A stretch of 64,000 nt of DNA from Vicugna vicugna (Eukaryota). The stretch is from positions 6,678,716 through 6,742,715 of the forward strand of contig MU058337.1 in assembly GCA_013265495.1 (NCBI GenBank), in the 5' to 3' direction. Below the pieces are notes generated by a model. The model was not told where the DNA came from. It was given only the letters and a program-made list of their open reading frames with translations, and searched no databases. Positions 1 through 11,457 of this stretch are shown here, piece after piece (the stretch's first letter is position 1; each line of letters starts with the position of its first letter). The translations under genes were made by a program, and so were the position numbers.

Positions 1-50
1 GTTGTATACCAGAAACTGACACATTGTAATGGACTATACTTGAGTTAAAA
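1..50 (+). mobile_element. 3' end of an L1 LINE (cetartiodactyl/camelid type) with short A-tail, truncated by the window edge
   Basis: GTTGTATACCAGAAACTGACACATTGTAATGGACTATACTTGAGTTAAAAA resembles the remembered 3' terminus of cetartiodactyl L1s and ends in an A-rich tail. Confidence 0.6.
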
Positions 51-291
51 ACAAAACAGTCACAATGCCTTGGGTTTTTGTTTTGTTTTTTCTTCAAATT
101 ACGCCTTCCTCAAACTCACAAGACTCACAGTAGTCAATAAAGGTCCCAAGTGTCGACCACTGGTTTAGGCAGAAGTTACCTGCTATCAAAATCTTTGTGT
201 TTATATGCTTCATTTCTTTCCAGTCTTGTTCACCTAAACTGCTTTAAGTTTGAAGCACGGGTTTAGGGCAAGACCGGGCGTTACTGATTAC

Positions 292-414
292 CTGTTCCTC
301 TGAAACCTCTAGAGGAGGGGATGCTGGTTGTTCAGACCGCCGACCATCCTGATAGTTTACGTTCCGTCGCTGGCGTAAAGGAGGGAAAAGACGGTTCCAG
401 TTGATCATTCCTCC
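292..414 (-). CDS. UBAC2: UBAC2 coding exon (human exon 8 equivalent), 123 bp, phase 0-0
   Basis: Minus strand ttttag|GGAGGAATG...GAGGAACAG|gtaatc. Translates GGMINWNRLFPPLRQRRNVNYQDGRRSEQPASPPLEVSEEQ, matching the UBAC2 segment just before the UBA domain. Confidence 0.95.
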
Positions 415-829
415 CTAAAAAGAGATCAGTGCGCAGTAATGAGACACAGACGGAGTACACGGGTCACAAGGCGCGGATGAGCCTTCTCTTGCAATGCAGT
501 CACAGCCAGACTGGGAAATGAGGTGTCAGGTCGAACCGCTGTGTGCCAGCCAGAAGGATCACATCATCCTCCAGTCAATAAGCTAAAACCGGCAGCCTGC
601 AGCAGGTGCACAGAGCGAAAAGAAGGTAACGGATACTGCCAAAGGTATTTGTGCAGTGTGGCTCTGGAAGGCAGCAGAAGACACATGCAGACATCCCTAA
701 CCTCAGCCGTGCCGTGTCCCCACTGATGCTGTCCCAACTCCAGCCACACTCAGTGTTTAGAGAATATACATTCTTTTCCATTATAAGTGAAGTATTTATT
801 TTAAAAAGTGACAGTGCACTTAGTCCTAT

Positions 830-2670
830 ATGAAATGTCCATAAAAACCAAAACAAAAATATTAAAGAGACTATATTCTCTGATCACAATGCAATTAAAT
901 TAGAAATCAGTACCAAAATTATACACAAATCCACACATTTGGAGATCAAAAATGAAAACATCATAATGGACAGAAGATACCTAAAAGTGAATAAGATTGA
1001 TTCTATTACCAATCAAGGCTTATGTGATGAAGTTAAGTAGTTGATGGAATTTTTAAAATATTGAGCTTAAAAGTAAATGAAGACTGAAAATTAAAGTTAC
1101 TAACGTACAATTTAAGAAGTCAGTGAAAGTAACAATAGTCTGAAGGAATTGGAAAGAATGATGCAGACAGTTAAGAGCAAACATTAACAAAGTGGAAAAC
1201 AGAGACGCAATAGAAGGAATCAATAAAAACCTAATGTTGGCTGTTAAAAAGTCAAATAAAGTGGATAAACCAGGCAAGCTTAGTGAAAAGACAAAGAATG
1301 GAGCACAAATTCTATTAGAAATAATACAAAGACTATAATGACAGACATGAAAAAATCTATAAGAATGCTTTATTTGTATCACAACTGATGAAGTAGACAC
1401 ATTTCTAGAAAAACAACTTGTTAAAACTTCCTCAAGAAGAAACAGAAACTGGTAATCAGTTTTGGAAACTGTTCAGAAGCACTGACTAAAGCTGAACACA
1501 CACGGATGCCTCTGCAGCTCCACTCCTGGACAACAGAAAAGCAAACACACGTTCACCAAAGGCACAGACCACAATGTTCTCAGCAGCATTGTCTGTAATA
1601 GTCAAAGACTGGAAACCACTCAAATGTCCACTAAGTAAAATGGATACTTTATGATATATTCACATGATCTAATACTATACAGCAGTTCAAATGAATAAAC
1701 TATAATGCATGCAACAACATGGCTAAGTCTCTCAAATACATGTTGAATACAATAAACACAAAAAAGTACACCTGCATGATTACTTTATAAAATGCTAACT
1801 TTTCTGTGTTATACTTCAATAGAGAGTCACAAAAAGAAACAGAAACCATTTCTAAAGACTTTTAGCCATTAACGTAATTGAAATAATACTTAAAACTCTA
1901 CCCACCAAAAATCTACATGTGAAGTCAATGAAAATTGTAAGGACCTACTATCTTATACAAATTGTTCTAGAGAACAGAAAAGAAGAAGAGCTCCCCATCT
2001 AATTTTTTGAGGCTATATGATGCTGTTTCCAAAATCAGAGAAGGCTATTATGAGAAAGAAAAATTATAAAATAATTTGTTTTTCATTTATGGACAGATGG
2101 ATAAATAAAATATTAACAAACTCAATCCAAAAATGGCCAGAAAATCATCATCTTATCTGCTATGATGTACTATATTATGATTTATCTCTGGAATCTTAGA
2201 AAATATAGTATGCAATTCACACATTAAGAGATTAAAGGAGAAAAGCCAAATGCTCACTCGACAGACAAAAATAATTCAATAAAAGTTGATGAAAAGACAA
2301 GAATGCCAATTACCACCTCTAGTATTCAACACAAGTCATAGCATAATGAGGACAAAACCAACCAATCATGGAAGAAAATGCAGAAGAACGGAAAGGGAGA
2401 AACAAAACTGTCACTCACACATGATAAGCGTCTACCTAGAAAATGAGAATTAATAAAAGTACAAGATAAAAAAAATCAGTAATGTCCCTTGCCTGTGATC
2501 ACTATTTACAAACAGAAATAAAAACTATTAGGTACTGAGGAATGAAATCTAACAAAAGATCTGCAAGATCTCTATAAAAAATGGTAAACTTGATTGAAGG
2601 CCATCAGAAGACCTAAATAAGTGGAAAGAGCACATTTCTGCCTGGGAAGACTGAATCCTGCCATCTTTCC
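830..2670 (+). mobile_element. Old L1 ORF2-region remnant, interrupted by a nested L1 3' fragment
   Basis: A-rich, with L1 ORF2-like motifs (TATTCTCTGATCACAATGCAATTAAATTAGAAATC; TACCTAGAAAA; AAATCTAACAAAAGAT). No intact ORF. Confidence 0.75.
1450..1833 (+). mobile_element. 5'-truncated L1 3'-end fragment nested in the older L1
   Basis: L1M 3'-UTR-like sequence flanked by the perfect 13-bp direct repeat AAGAAACAGAAAC (1437-1449 and 1834-1846). Confidence 0.7.
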
Positions 2671-2686
2671 ACTCTGCCAATTCCAG

Positions 2687-3237
2687 GTGGTAGGAGAGAC
2701 CACTGGTTGACTCTCAATATCCACACTCCCTTCTCTTTAAAAATGAGATTTTTTTTTTTGGTGACACAGTCACTACATTTCTCAGCTTCCCCTAAGTGGG
2801 CTCAGTTCTGCCAACGGTCTGCAGGCAGAAAGGGCATCTGGGACTTGCAGAAGAGCTCTTAAAGGGAGGGCTGCACCCTTCCTCACTGCTTCCTCCTCCT
2901 TCCCGGAGCCCAGGCAGCCATCCTGGTCCCATGCTGAGGACAAAGCAGCCGTCAGAGAAAAGGAGCCTGGGGACAGCAGCTTCACCAACCCCGGGCTGTC
3001 AACATCCGACTTCTTTTATAAGAGACAAACTTCTACCTTGTTTAGGTTTCTGTGATTTTAGGGGGTGGTAATTAGGTTTATTTACTATTTACTTACTTTT
3101 TAAAAATTGAAGGTACAGAGGATTGAACCCAGGACCTCATGCATGCTAAGCACACATATCACTTAGCTGTACCCTCCCCCTGGTTTCTGTTATTTTGTTT
3201 TCTGTCATATAGAGCTAAACCTATTCCTAATGGCATA
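2687..3237 (+). mobile_element. MaLR (MLT1-like) solo LTR remnant, split by a SINE
   Basis: MLT1-like motifs (CACTACATTTCTCAGCTTCCC; AAGGAGCCTGGG; AAACTTCTACCTTGTTTA; terminal TCCTAATGGCATA). Confidence 0.5.
3060..3181 (-). mobile_element. tRNA-derived SINE, camelid Vic-1-like
   Basis: Reverse complement GGGGGAGGGTACAGCTAAGTG...GCTTAGCATGCATGAGGTCCTGGGTTCAATCC (A/B-box-like) with tail AAATAAACCTAATTACCACCCCC. 15-bp TSD GGTTTCTGT(G/T)ATTTT at 3045-3059 and 3182-3196. Confidence 0.85.
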
Positions 3238-3256
3238 TACTCAAAATTCACAAGAG

Positions 3257-3289
3257 TGTGTGTGTGTGTGTGCGCGTGCGCGCTCGCGT
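3257..3289. repeat. Compound (TG)n/(CG)n microsatellite
   Basis: GTGTGTGTGTGTGTGTGCGCGTGCGCGCTCGCG read directly. Confidence 0.9.
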
Positions 3290-3319
3290 TGTGTGGTGAG
3301 ACAACCTGAAGTTAAGGGT

Positions 3320-4556
3320 CAGAACTATACCTGAATATTTGCAAGAAGTGTAAGGGAGGATTTTTCTCTACCAGTTATTAGGACTTACTGTTAGGCTTCA
3401 ATAATTAAAGAGGAATGATATTAGCACACGACAGCAAACAGTGCAAAGAAACAGGAGAGGTGGCTGAGAAATCAAAAGTAAACGTGGGCACTTGGTATAC
3501 GATGGAGGAGGCCTTGCAAGTCAGCAGGAAAAAGAGACACCATTTAACGACAGTACCAGGACGACTGGTTATAGACACGGAAAAAGAAAAGATTAGACCT
3601 TTACTTCATACCGCTGTACACAAAAATAATGTTTATTTAAAAATAAAACCCATAGATTAAGGATTTAAATCTGGAAAGCAAAACTGCCAAAAATTTTAGA
3701 GAAAATAAGAGAATATTCTCTATGTTGCCAGGATAGGAAAGAATTTCTAAAACAAAAAATACAAAGCAAAAATCATAAAGAAAGGATTGCTAACAATTAC
3801 TGCAAATAAGAATTTTTGTATGATTAAAAAACGGTAGAAGACAAAGTACAGATTAAGAGAAAATGTTTGTAACATGTAACTGACAAAATTGTATCCAGAA
3901 TATGTAAAGAATCAATGAGAAAAAATAAATAACACAAGAGAAAAGCAGATAATGTCTATGAATAAACAGTTTACAGAAGAGGAAACCCTGAGTTCAGGAT
4001 AAACACAAGAAAAGATGTCCAACCTCACTGGTATTAGGAAATGCAAATTAAAACAGCAGTAAGTTATTTCATACCCATAAGACTAGCAAAAATAAAGTGT
4101 CTGACAGTATCAAGGATGGGGCTGACAGGGGAAGGAAATGGGAACTCTCTACGTTGGTGATGAGAGTTTGGCACAAATGTTTTGGAGAAGAGTGAGCCAA
4201 GATCGAGTAAAAGTGAGGATGTCCTGTGACCCAGCACTTCCATCTCCAGGGAGCCGGGAGGGCCTTGTGGGCATATGAGGATATTCTGTGAAGCACTATC
4301 ATATTAAGTAAGAAAATATAAGGAGTTCCACTGTACATAAGTAGGGAAATAAATTATAAGTGGTTTTACCATATAAAAGACTACTATATGTGCAGCCAGA
4401 ATAAATTATCTAGATCTAATGGATAATTCTCAAGAATATGATGTTGAATGAACAAAAAGTTGTACAAGAACATGTATAAATAATATCAGTTACATAACAC
4501 TTAAAAATATTTAGAATAATAGTATACTATTTAAACGATTTTATGGATATATATAC
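3320..4556 (+). mobile_element. Ancient L1 (L1ME-like) 3' ORF2/3'UTR remnant
   Basis: Motifs AAAAGATGTCCAACCTCACTGGTATTAGGAAATGCAAATTAAAAC, GGGAACTCTC and ATGTTGAATGAACAAAAAG. Confidence 0.7.
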
Positions 4557-4558
4557 AC

Positions 4559-4779
4559 TAGTGGTGATTCTGCACCCCCAAGGGATATTTGGCAATGTCT
4601 GGGGGCATTTTTTACTGTCTTTTGGTGGGGGGGGTGGGTTGGGGACAGGATGGTGGTGCTGTTGGCATTTAGTGAGTCGAAGCCAGGGATGCTAAGCGTC
4701 CTCTAATGCGCAGGACGGAGCCCACGACAAAGGATGGCCCAGACCACAGTGCCCATGGTGTCTGGGTTGAGCAGCTCTG
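4559..4779 (+). mobile_element. MER20 (hAT-Charlie) DNA transposon
   Basis: GGGATATTTGGCAATGTCTGG...GGCATTTAGTGAGTCGAAGCCAGGGATGCTAA...AATGCGCAGGAC matches the remembered MER20 consensus. Confidence 0.8.
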
Positions 4780-5789
4780 ATGCACCCGCACATGCAGATA
4801 CAGACGTGCACAGGTATTACGCACCACACGCCACACACCTGCTGCAGGACAGTGGGAAGGGGATGAGCCTTTGGCTGAATCTGTAACATTTTATTCTTCA
4901 AAGGGAGTGAGAGTCAAAGAGCAGGCAAAACAAAACAAAACCTCAGGCTGTGATAGTAAAAAAAAGTGCTTAAAAAGCAGAAAGTTACAGGAGCTCTAGG
5001 TTTGGGGCTGTTTTGACATGAATCTGTGCTTTCTGTAGGTTCAGCGTGAGCCTCTGCAAACAGGAAACGCTTCCTTCACTTTGTCTTCTTCAAAAGCAAT
5101 AACCACATATTTAAAAGAGGAAAAAGGAAACAGCTTGCATTTTAACAGCCATTTTATGAAATATCTGTTATTAGTTGGTAAGGAGATTTTCAAATGCAGT
5201 AAAATTTCTTGTGAAAATATACAAACACTAATTTTCCAACTGAGAGCTGTAAACATTTGTTAAACGTTTTGTCAGGCAGGAGTTACATGGATAGAACTCC
5301 ACCTCTAAAGGCCCTGGCCTGGGAAGGGACGACCAGGCAGTGTTTGCGCCGAGAAGCTGGGTGGGAAGAGCTCCCCAGGGCCTCTGAGGCCCTCACCGCC
5401 CCCACAGGAGAGAAGGAGCGAGGCCCACAGCCCAGTCCTTGCCCATGGAGCTCAAGCTCTCCTTGGGGCAGGGGAGACACCCAGCAAGGGGAAAACCAGC
5501 CCCAGGCAAAGTGGTGTATAACTAACAAGGGGGCCACGCAGCGTCAGTTAAAGGGCTGGAAACGTTCAGAGTGGGCTCCGACCAACTGCAGCTGAAGCAC
5601 AAAGAGGATGAGGGCTTAGCTAAGTTTTTAAAGGATGAGATGATTTCAGAAACGGACAGGAGAACCAGGCATTTTTGTCAGCCTGTTCAAAGACAGGGGA
5701 CTGAGAATGGGTTTATTCCTACTTCAAGGGCCAGGACAATGCTAAGGAGTAATGACCAAGGAACAAAAGTAGAGGACACTGAGTGACTG

Positions 5790-6030
5790 AGAGTGGTCTC
5801 CAGAGCTAGGACGGCTGGTTTCGCATCCCAGCTCAGCCACTTATTATGTGACCTTAGGCCTTCACTGTTGTTATTGTTGCTGTTTTTAACTTGTCTGAGT
5901 CTCAGTTTTCTCATCTGTAATATGGGAATAGTAACTACACTCACCTTACAAGGATTTGAGAAATAAATGAGTTAATACATGTAAAGCATTTAAATCAGAG
6001 CTGGAAATTTTCTAAAAGCTTATCACATGT
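5790..6030 (+). mobile_element. MIR SINE
   Basis: Core TCTGAGTCTCAGTTTTCTCATCTGTAATATGGG and AAATGAGTTAATACATGTAAAGCATTTA. Confidence 0.85.
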
Positions 6031-6999
6031 ATACTAGGTATTACTATCTAATATTTGCTTGTATCTTACAGTGTTATTTCCTGTCTTCCCAGCTCAACTA
6101 CAGGGCCCTGGAGAGTCACACTGGGGTAAGGTTTGCACCTAACTCCCCAGGTGACTGCGTGGCTCTCTGCTCAGTGCAGCCTGAGCTGATTCCCCACCAA
6201 GGAGGTGTTCCATCCAGGAGTGAAATGGAGAATGATTACAGAGATGGCATTATGAATGTGATGGTTTAGAACAATTGCAATTCTTTCCCAAAGCATCCTC
6301 ATCTTTTTTTTAAAAGGTTGGTCATTGGGAAGAAATGCATCTTTTATTCTCAGCCTTTGGTCCCAAAGCCTTTAACAGTGTGCTGGGTTCTGAACTGTAC
6401 TGTCTGTGGCTGCCTGCAGACCGCACGGGAGAGATTCTGGGGGAGGATATGGGTTCATCAGGAAGCAGTGACAGGTCTGTTTAGTGATAACTGCCTTGGG
6501 CCCAAAGGAGGTGCGGTGGCATTTATACAAGAATTACTAACTCTGGCACAGAACACGGCTTTCCAGTGTTTTCCACATCATGGCACACACAGAAAGGTAT
6601 CTTTGTGTGACACCCAGGACAGCCAGAGCTGCTTTCAACTCCCCTGGCAGCTTTGGGCCCTTCCCAGATGCCCTAAAGGCCAAGGTGATCAGTGTGTCCC
6701 TCCGCCTGTGCCTGTGACACAGTGGCTGGGAAGTTCAATCACAGACCTAAGGAAATGCTTACACATTTAAGGTGAGCAGTTGACAGTAGGGGTGGGCTAC
6801 TGAGGAATGGAGAAGCAGAAGAGACCAGATTGTTTCAGCTGTGTCAGGTAAGGTAAAATCAAGAAAGCTATTGAGCATCTACTGAGTACCTGGTAGTACC
6901 TGAAGCCACAAAGCTAGAAAGAGATCAAAGACAATGTCCCTGAGTCTTAGGAGCTCCCAGTCTGGTACTAAATCATTTTTCCTATTTCTTCCAGGTTAC

Positions 7000-7630
7000 T
7001 AGTAACATTCTTGGCTCCATCCAGTGATACCTCCTCTAACGTCTGACCCCCGGTGGCACTGGCCCTACCGACTGCCCCTCCTCAATCCTCTCTGGCTTCG
7101 TGGCATCACACTTTCTTGGTCTTTCCAGCCTTCTGGTCTTGCCCTCAGTGCCCCTCAGAGCCACCTTCCCCAGCTCATGAGCTTTGAATCTTGGTGTCCC
7201 CTGAGGTTCTGTGCAGGATTATCCTGTTCTCTCTCCAAGTCTGTCCCGAGGTGCTCGTGCGTCCCGAGGGCTTTAGTTTCCATGTACGCAGTGGAGACTT
7301 CTACCCCCTCTCTCCGATCCAGGTGTTGTCCTCAGAGCCACAGACCAACTCTCCTGACAATTCCCCTGAGATGTTCCAGAGACATCTAAAATGGAACGTG
7401 TCCCAGACAAAAATCTTCAATTCCATCTCTCTTCCCGTGTCCCCAGTCTTGGGGAATGACATCAAGACTGTTGATTACAACTCCCAAGCATCTTTGAAAT
7501 CCATCCACTTCTCTCTACTCTGACTCTCACTGTCCTATTTTAAATCACCATCAAGGGTATGGGGTGGCTTCAGAGTGACTTTCCTGACACACAAATCTCC
7601 ACTCAAAAACCCTTCAAAGGGTCCCTGTTG
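7000..7630 (+). mobile_element. L2 LINE remnant
   Basis: Pyrimidine-rich L2-like motifs (GACATCTAAAATGGAACGTGTCC; CATCCACTTCTCTC; ACTCAAAAACCCTTCAA). Confidence 0.55.
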
Positions 7631-7659
7631 CTTTTTTATTAAAAAACCTTAAAATACTT

Positions 7660-7985
7660 TTTTCTTCATTCATGGCAATCACAAACTCACTGCTTGCTAA
7701 CACACTTTTATAAAAAGTAACAATGTTCTCTAAAACAGAAAAGTAATTAATTAATGAGAAGAATGTCATTATATTCTACTTTTGTAAATTTCTTCTATGT
7801 CTGACAATGGAAGGTAGCAGGATTCTCAGATCTGCTTCTGCATTCAATTCTGTTACATGTTACCCTGGCTTTCGAAGCATATAAAAAAATCTAGCCACAT
7901 ATAGATATATAGTGAGTAAAAAAGCGGAGCATATTAAGAGCTTTTCAGATAGCTGTAGATACTCTTCTTTGATAGTACTGAAGTC
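7660..7985. mobile_element. hAT-Charlie (Charlie1-like) DNA transposon fragment
   Basis: AATGAGAAGAATGTCATT...TCTGCTTCTGCATTCAAT...GCTTTTCAGATAGCTGTAGATACTCTTCTTTGATA resembles remembered Charlie1-family sequence. Confidence 0.6.
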
Positions 7986-8059
7986 CTCATCAGTTTTAGG
8001 GACAACTCAAGCTTCTTACCATGGCTCGCCAGCCTCCTGTTTACCGTGCCAACAGTCCT

Positions 8060-8340
8060 CCTCACCACCCCAGCATCACATTCTAGGCTCCTGCCCGGGA
8101 GCCTTCTCTAACCCCACGTCTAGGGTGAGATGCCCCTCACGTGCTTCTGTATCTCACTGCACCCTTCCAGGGACAGCACCTGGTAGGTTACACCCCAATG
8201 ATGTGTTCCCTGGTAGGACTCTCACAGCAGGCGATGCTAGGGCTGAGACCACCCACCTGGTCTTTGCAGACCCAGCCTCACAAGCACTTGTCACGTGTAA
8301 GTACTTAAGAAATACTCGCTGAGTGAATAAATCAATGGAC
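8060..8340 (+). mobile_element. L2 3' end remnant
   Basis: Ends in the L2-like terminus AAGTACTTAAGAAATACTCGCTGAGTGAATAAAT. Confidence 0.5.
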
Positions 8341-8981
8341 AAATACACAGCAATGTATATTGCTAAATTCTGTGGGGTCTTCTTGAGCAAAGACCTTGCA
8401 GTTAGCAATAAAATGAGGCCCTAAGTAGTAGGTTAAGAATGAAGATCAGGATGGAAGTGGAGGAGAGGCAGAAGCAAGGAGGCTCAGAGAGCAAAGCACA
8501 TGGCTGCTTCATTCTTTAAGGTCACGAGGCACCATCTCCCTCTGACACGGGAGCCAGCAGTTACAAGAACCACGGCGGGGAGACGGTGGTGGTGCCAGGG
8601 AAACTCCGCACAGAAGAGGGTATTTGTGACCCACTGTCCTGCTGCCTTGCACCCCCTGGAAGCTGCAGCTTGCAGAGTAACCAGACTCTGCTTAGCTTCA
8701 CTCCTTTCTCTTCTCTACGCAGCACGCTGCACCACGACCAGGTAAAGAGGGCTGTGACGCACAGAGAAGTGACTAATTTCCGACGGCCCTGAAAGAGCTT
8801 AGCTGAGTTGACAAAACAAAGACACATTAGAAACTAAACAGGAGGCACTGAGGCTGCAGCATGTAACTAAGGACAATGAGAGAGATCTCTTATTATGAGA
8901 CACAGAACCAGTAATAAGCACCATTAATAGAGAGAAGAGAAACACTCCCAGAGGCTGCTGTCATCAGCAACAGCTTCATGG

Positions 8982-9058
8982 CAAAACCAGAAAAGAAAAA
9001 AGAAAAACAAAAAGAAAACAAAACAAAACAAACCCCACCACCACCACCACCACCACAC
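8982..9058. repeat. A-rich (AAAAG/AAAAC)n tract followed by a (CAC)n repeat
   Basis: Read directly. Confidence 0.85.
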
Positions 9059-10868
9059 ATGGACTAGCAATACGCTGGTCACATGGATGAGGGACATTCA
9101 TGAGGCTCAGAAGAAGCCCTACTATGTATTTGGAGAACAATTCGTGGGTCACGCCACGGGGATAGGAGCAGGAGACGCGCTCAGGGGTCGGAAGCGCTGT
9201 GCCCTGCGTGGGCACCGAGCGCCCAGCTCGGGCGCTGCAATTCCCTTCCAGGCTGCGGGTCTTAGCAGGTGCTGGGAGAAAACAGGCGACGAGAGGGAAG
9301 CTAGATAATCACTTGAACAAAATCCCAGTTTTACAGCTCTCAGCATCACGTTTCCTTGTGGTTTATCCTACGGCTGGTTTTGGGCGCTCAGATACTTCGT
9401 AACACATCATCCTTCTCAGCAAAACACAAAGCAGTTTCCACAGTAGTAAGATCAGGAGATGGAAGTTTCCAACAGCCCTGCTGCTCTTGGCCAAGTCTCC
9501 TCTTCCTCCCTCCTGCTCTGGTGGCCGAGCTCTGGGGGCCGCCACCTTGCCTGGCATTTATTCTTGGGCTTGAGGGGCTGGGGCCCCGGGTGCTGGTCTA
9601 GGGACTGAACTGGGAGGCAGGGAGGAGAGGGGTGAGGAGGCACCCAGAGAGTCTACTATCAGGAATCGATTCGATCACCTAGGACGCAGCTCAACAGCTT
9701 GGCCACGGCCACTCCCTGCTAGGAACACTCCAACTAGTGAGCGTGCCATCAGACGTGCGGCTCGAGTCTAGTGTGTTTTGAGTGATGACTTGTCTCTTGA
9801 GAGGCTGGGTCTCCAACCACAGCTGATCTCACTTCTCTTGAGACCTGGGGACAATGTTGACAACAGGCAGAGGAAAGGAGTCTGGAGAAGGAGCAGCAGA
9901 ATTCAAGCTTGGCTTCACTCTTCCCTCAGCACAGGGGCGGGGACAGGGTGGTACCGGGATGCTGTACTGGGCCAGAGAGCGCTTACGTCTGTCCCGTTCC
10001 CTGAAGGATGACTGCGCTCACTCTCCTCTAATGGGGACCTCTTCCTCCAGGCAGAGTCAGAGTCAAGGATGTCCTCACCTTTTCGTGGGGAGGTTTGGTT
10101 TTGATCTCTGTGGAGAATGGGAAAGCTCAGTCTGTTGTGAGGAGGAAGTGGTGGTGACGGGTGGTGTGAAGGAGACAAGGAGCCCCCCACAGACCCAGCC
10201 CCAGGCTGGGGACACCTGGTGGGGGAAGAGGACACTTCTCTCTTGTTTTAAGGCTTGTTAACTACCTTAATTTGATTTACATGTTTGTGAACACTGAGCA
10301 CAAGTTACAGTACGGACTGCCCAGGATAAAGCACAGCTTTCTTGAAAATACGAAGGAAAGAGTGCCTTGCGGTACGGGGATGACTGGTTCTGCTTTAAAT
10401 CTTCCATCTCCTCTGTTTTTTGTCTGCCAGTTTTTGGGTCATTTCTCCCCCCTCCTTAACTTTAGCTCTACACAAAAATTAGTAAATAAAAGTCAAAATT
10501 AAAGTTAGTTCTGGTACTTGTTACCAGTAAGTGCTTGGCTAGAAGAAGAGGTGAAACTTGCTATTAAAAGTGAGATTGGGGATTACTCAAGATTTTCCCC
10601 AGAGAGGTCACACACCCTCACATCTTCAGCCATTACCTCTCACCCCTACTCCTTCAACCAGTGCTGGGCCAGGGCAGACAACTTTGCCCGAGAGCCCGGT
10701 GACTCTTCCAGACTCCAGTCTCTCCTCTGTACACCAAATCCAGCCAATTCTCAAGTAGCACTGACTTCTCCTTTGAAGGGGTTATGCCACCGTTTAAGTC
10801 TTTGTCGTCCCTACCCCGACCCCAAGATTAAGCCAACAGTCTCTTAGATGACACCACTGCCACTAATA

Positions 10869-11457
10869 CAGTTGTATGTTGCTTTATTGTGCTTCATAGA
10901 TCTTGCACTTTTTACAAATTAAAGGTTTGTGGTAACCCTGCACCAAGCAAGTCTATTGGTGACATTTTTCCAACAGCATCTGCTCACTTCGTGTCTCTGT
11001 ATCACATCCTGGTAATTCTCACGATATTTCAAGTACCTTCATTTTTTATTACACTTACTATAGTGATCTGTGATCAGTCATCTTTGATATTACTGTTGTA
11101 ATTGTTTTGGGGCACCATGAACATTGTTATCTTCTTTTCAAAAACTGCCACAGACCCCTCAACCTCCAGGAACCACCACCCTGATCACTCAGCAGTGTCA
11201 GCATCGAGGCAGGACACTCCAGCAGCAAAAAGAATGTGAGTCGCTGAAAGCTCAGATGATTGCTAGCATTTCTCAGCAATAAATTTTTAAAGTATGTACA
11301 TTTTTAAGACATAATGCTATTGTACACTTAACAGGTTACAGTATAGTGTAAACATAACTTTTATATGCACTGGAAAACCAAAAAATTCACGAGACTTGCT
11401 TTATTGTGATACTTGTTTTAACGTGGTGGTCTGGAACAGAACCTGCAGTATCTCTTG
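10869..11457 (+). mobile_element. Tigger1-derived (Tc1/mariner) internally deleted DNA transposon
   Basis: 5' part TTTTTACAAATTAAAGGTTTGTGGTAACCCTGC...TTTTGGGGCACCATGAAC joined to 3' part AGCAGCAAAAAGAAT...GGTCTGGAACAGAACCTGCAGTATCTC. TA on both flanks (10867-10868, 11458-11459). Confidence 0.85.

Noticed and set aside
3100..3181. tRNA-like A/B boxes as a tRNA gene
   Set aside because: Degenerate, with a SINE tail and TSD. It is a SINE head.
9400..9500. Possible orthologue of human MIR623 (annotated in this UBAC2 intron, from memory)
   Set aside because: Only a short chance-level resemblance (CCAACAGCCCTGC) and no pre-miRNA hairpin evident.
9650..9790. Cluster of 6-bp palindromes (ATCGAT, CCTAGG, TGGCCA, ACTAGT, CTCGAG) resembling a polylinker
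   Set aside because: Sites are scattered rather than abutting, there is no vector sequence, and the segment blends into GC-rich flanks.
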